Part shown: positions 35,513-36,292 of the stretch, in pieces
Layout of the letters: every line of letters starts with the position of its first letter
How positions within the stretch are numbered: the stretch's first letter is position 1
Source of the DNA: a virus
Taxonomy: Duplodnaviria > Heunggongvirae > Uroviricota > Caudoviricetes
DNA: 36,292 nt
Virus record (IMG/VR): IMGVR_UViG_2877285697_000006
Span: 1 to 36,292 of that record
Direction: 5' to 3' (one strand)
Position numbers and translations under genes: made by a program
Notes under the pieces: model-generated
What the model was told of the DNA's origin: nothing
What the model saw: the letters and a program-made list of their open reading frames with translations, nothing else
Databases searched by the model: none

Positions 35513-36292
35513 ATGAAAAACATTATCGCTGCTATCGTTCTTTCTGCTACTGCTTTCGGTGCTAATGCTGCGTCCTTTGATTGCACTAAGGCTACTACCA
35601 AATCAGAGAAGTTTATTTGTGCTAATGAGTCAATCTCCGCACTGGATTCGAAACTTCATGAAGTATATGTTAAGGCTGTTAAGATTGATCCGTCTCTTAA
35701 ACAAGAGCAACGCAACTGGAATAAAACTGTTCGTGATACAATGATCAATATCGGGCAGATTCAGCCACTGGAGGCTGTATACAACGCTCAAATCCAAAAC
35801 TTGATGAATGTATTATCTAAAGAAGAAACCGCGTCAGAGAGCGATTCAGAGACTTCTGCGAAGATTGAAGAAGAACAACCGAAACAGGAAGAAGTAAAGA
35901 AACTGAATGTTACCGCGATTTATGCATGTACTACAAAATTTACATGGAAAGTTATCGATGGTGAGGAAACAGAAGCTGTAAAAGATAAACTCTACGGAAA
36001 CAAAACTTTTGATAATAACGGCGGTAAACTTAAGATCAAAATGGTAGACGATGTTCCTGTATCTTTTGTGTATTCCGACAAGTATGATGTTTATAAATCA
36101 AGTCTCAAGCCATCTAAAGAGAATCCAAACGCAATGGAAGGTAAATCCAAACAGGATGCTATTGGACGTGTTAACACTTATAACATCTGGGTAAGCAAAA
36201 AAGGTGACATGCGTCTTGAAGTAATTGAACCAAAATTTGATTCTGAATATAAACACACTCAATTTGCATGTGACATGGTAGACGCAGAGTAA
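35513..36292 (+). CDS. secreted DUF1311/LprI-like protein (259 aa)
   Basis: Signal peptide MKNIIAAIVLSATAFGANA then ASFDCTKATTKSEKFICANESISALDSKLHEVY, fitting the LprI N-terminal domain pattern. Confidence 0.6.
   Translation: MKNIIAAIVLSATAFGANAASFDCTKATTKSEKFICANESISALDSKLHEVYVKAVKIDPSLKQEQRNWNKTVRDTMINIGQIQPLEAVYNAQIQNLMNVLSKEETASESDSETSAKIEEEQPKQEEVKKLNVTAIYACTTKFTWKVIDGEETEAVKDKLYGNKTFDNNGGKLKIKMVDDVPVSFVYSDKYDVYKSSLKPSKENPNAMEGKSKQDAIGRVNTYNIWVSKKGDMRLEVIEPKFDSEYKHTQFACDMVDAE

Overview
This 36.3-kb window reads as a lambda-like, cos-type siphovirus or prophage; all calls below are from reading the ORF translations and DNA by eye, with no database search run. The minus strand from about 3.5 to 27 kb carries a near-complete morphogenesis module: GpA-like large terminase, portal, HK97-type prohead protease fused to an acidic scaffold, major capsid protein, head-tail genes, a 1202-aa tail fibre with a C-terminal S74-type chaperone, tail tube candidates, G/T tail chaperones, tape measure, M/L/K-like tip proteins, an I-J fused host-specificity protein, small membrane proteins and an M15 endolysin. 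Both ends carry accessory genes: a large serine recombinase, secreted proteins (one DUF1311/LprI-like), a Rha-like regulator, two paralogous small DNA-binding-like proteins and an acidic 333-aa protein. An IS10-like element (33242-34535) with a 9-10 bp target duplication sits in a hairpin loop just downstream of a terS-like gene. The most unusual signal is a module found twice, after the capsid gene and after a tail tube candidate: UGA stop, an in-frame basic extension of 28 or 41 codons, then a shared terminator hairpin. Other leads are a frame break between protease-scaffold and capsid ORFs, a G-T frameshift site at a shifty stop, and a 1-kb noncoding hub (30.05-31.03 kb) with iteron-like repeats and a strong promoter.
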